This document shows, piece after piece, positions 63,901-64,000 of a DNA stretch of 64,000 nucleotides. The position numbers were made by a program, and so were the translations under genes. The notes beneath the pieces were generated by a model, which was not told where the DNA came from, did no database searches, and saw nothing but the letters and a program-made list of their open reading frames with translations. Source of the stretch: Octopus bimaculoides (lineage: Eukaryota). Every line of letters starts with the position of its first letter. The first letter of the stretch is position 1. The stretch lies in assembly GCF_001194135.2 (NCBI RefSeq), contig NC_068991.1, positions 78,869,996 through 78,933,995 on the forward strand, read 5' to 3'.

Positions 63901-64000
63901 AAAAAACACACACTCACACACACACACACTCTCTCTCTCACTTTTCCTCACCCTCTCTTACTATCCTATATATCTCTCTCTCCACCCCACACACTCAATA

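Noticed and set aside
1-64000. CRISPR array, rRNA, telomeric arrays or prokaryotic operons
   Set aside because: No repeat-spacer arrays with constant repeats and unique spacers, no rRNA-like sequence and no (TTAGGG)n; the window is eukaryotic repeat-rich DNA.

Overview
AT-rich, repeat-saturated eukaryotic genomic DNA from a gapped short-read assembly, with many N-runs mostly flanked by (TA)n or (CA)n. The tRNA-derived SINE families and microsatellite load look like Octopus (cephalopod) DNA; this comes from recall, not a database search. No intact protein-coding gene is visible, and most ORF-track entries are microsatellite or N-run artefacts. The window holds about 25 SINE copies of three or four families and decayed LINE fragments (RLE-type R4/Dong-like x5, RTE x3, CR1/L2-like, L1/Tx1-like). 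It also holds mariner remnants, small MITEs, Penelope-like (PLE) termini and degenerate minisatellites. The most interesting signals are: (1) a minimal, dimer-type hammerhead ribozyme fold in a PLE terminus, with a second decayed copy; (2) fold-back PLE insertions, one of which turns exactly at hammerhead stem II; (3) minus-strand splice signals, namely AG|GT recursive-splice-like sites and phase-1 symmetric microexons that could belong to a giant-intron gene; (4) a ~420-bp fold-back element; (5) an RTE tail with three C2H2 fingers. All gene-model claims are low confidence.
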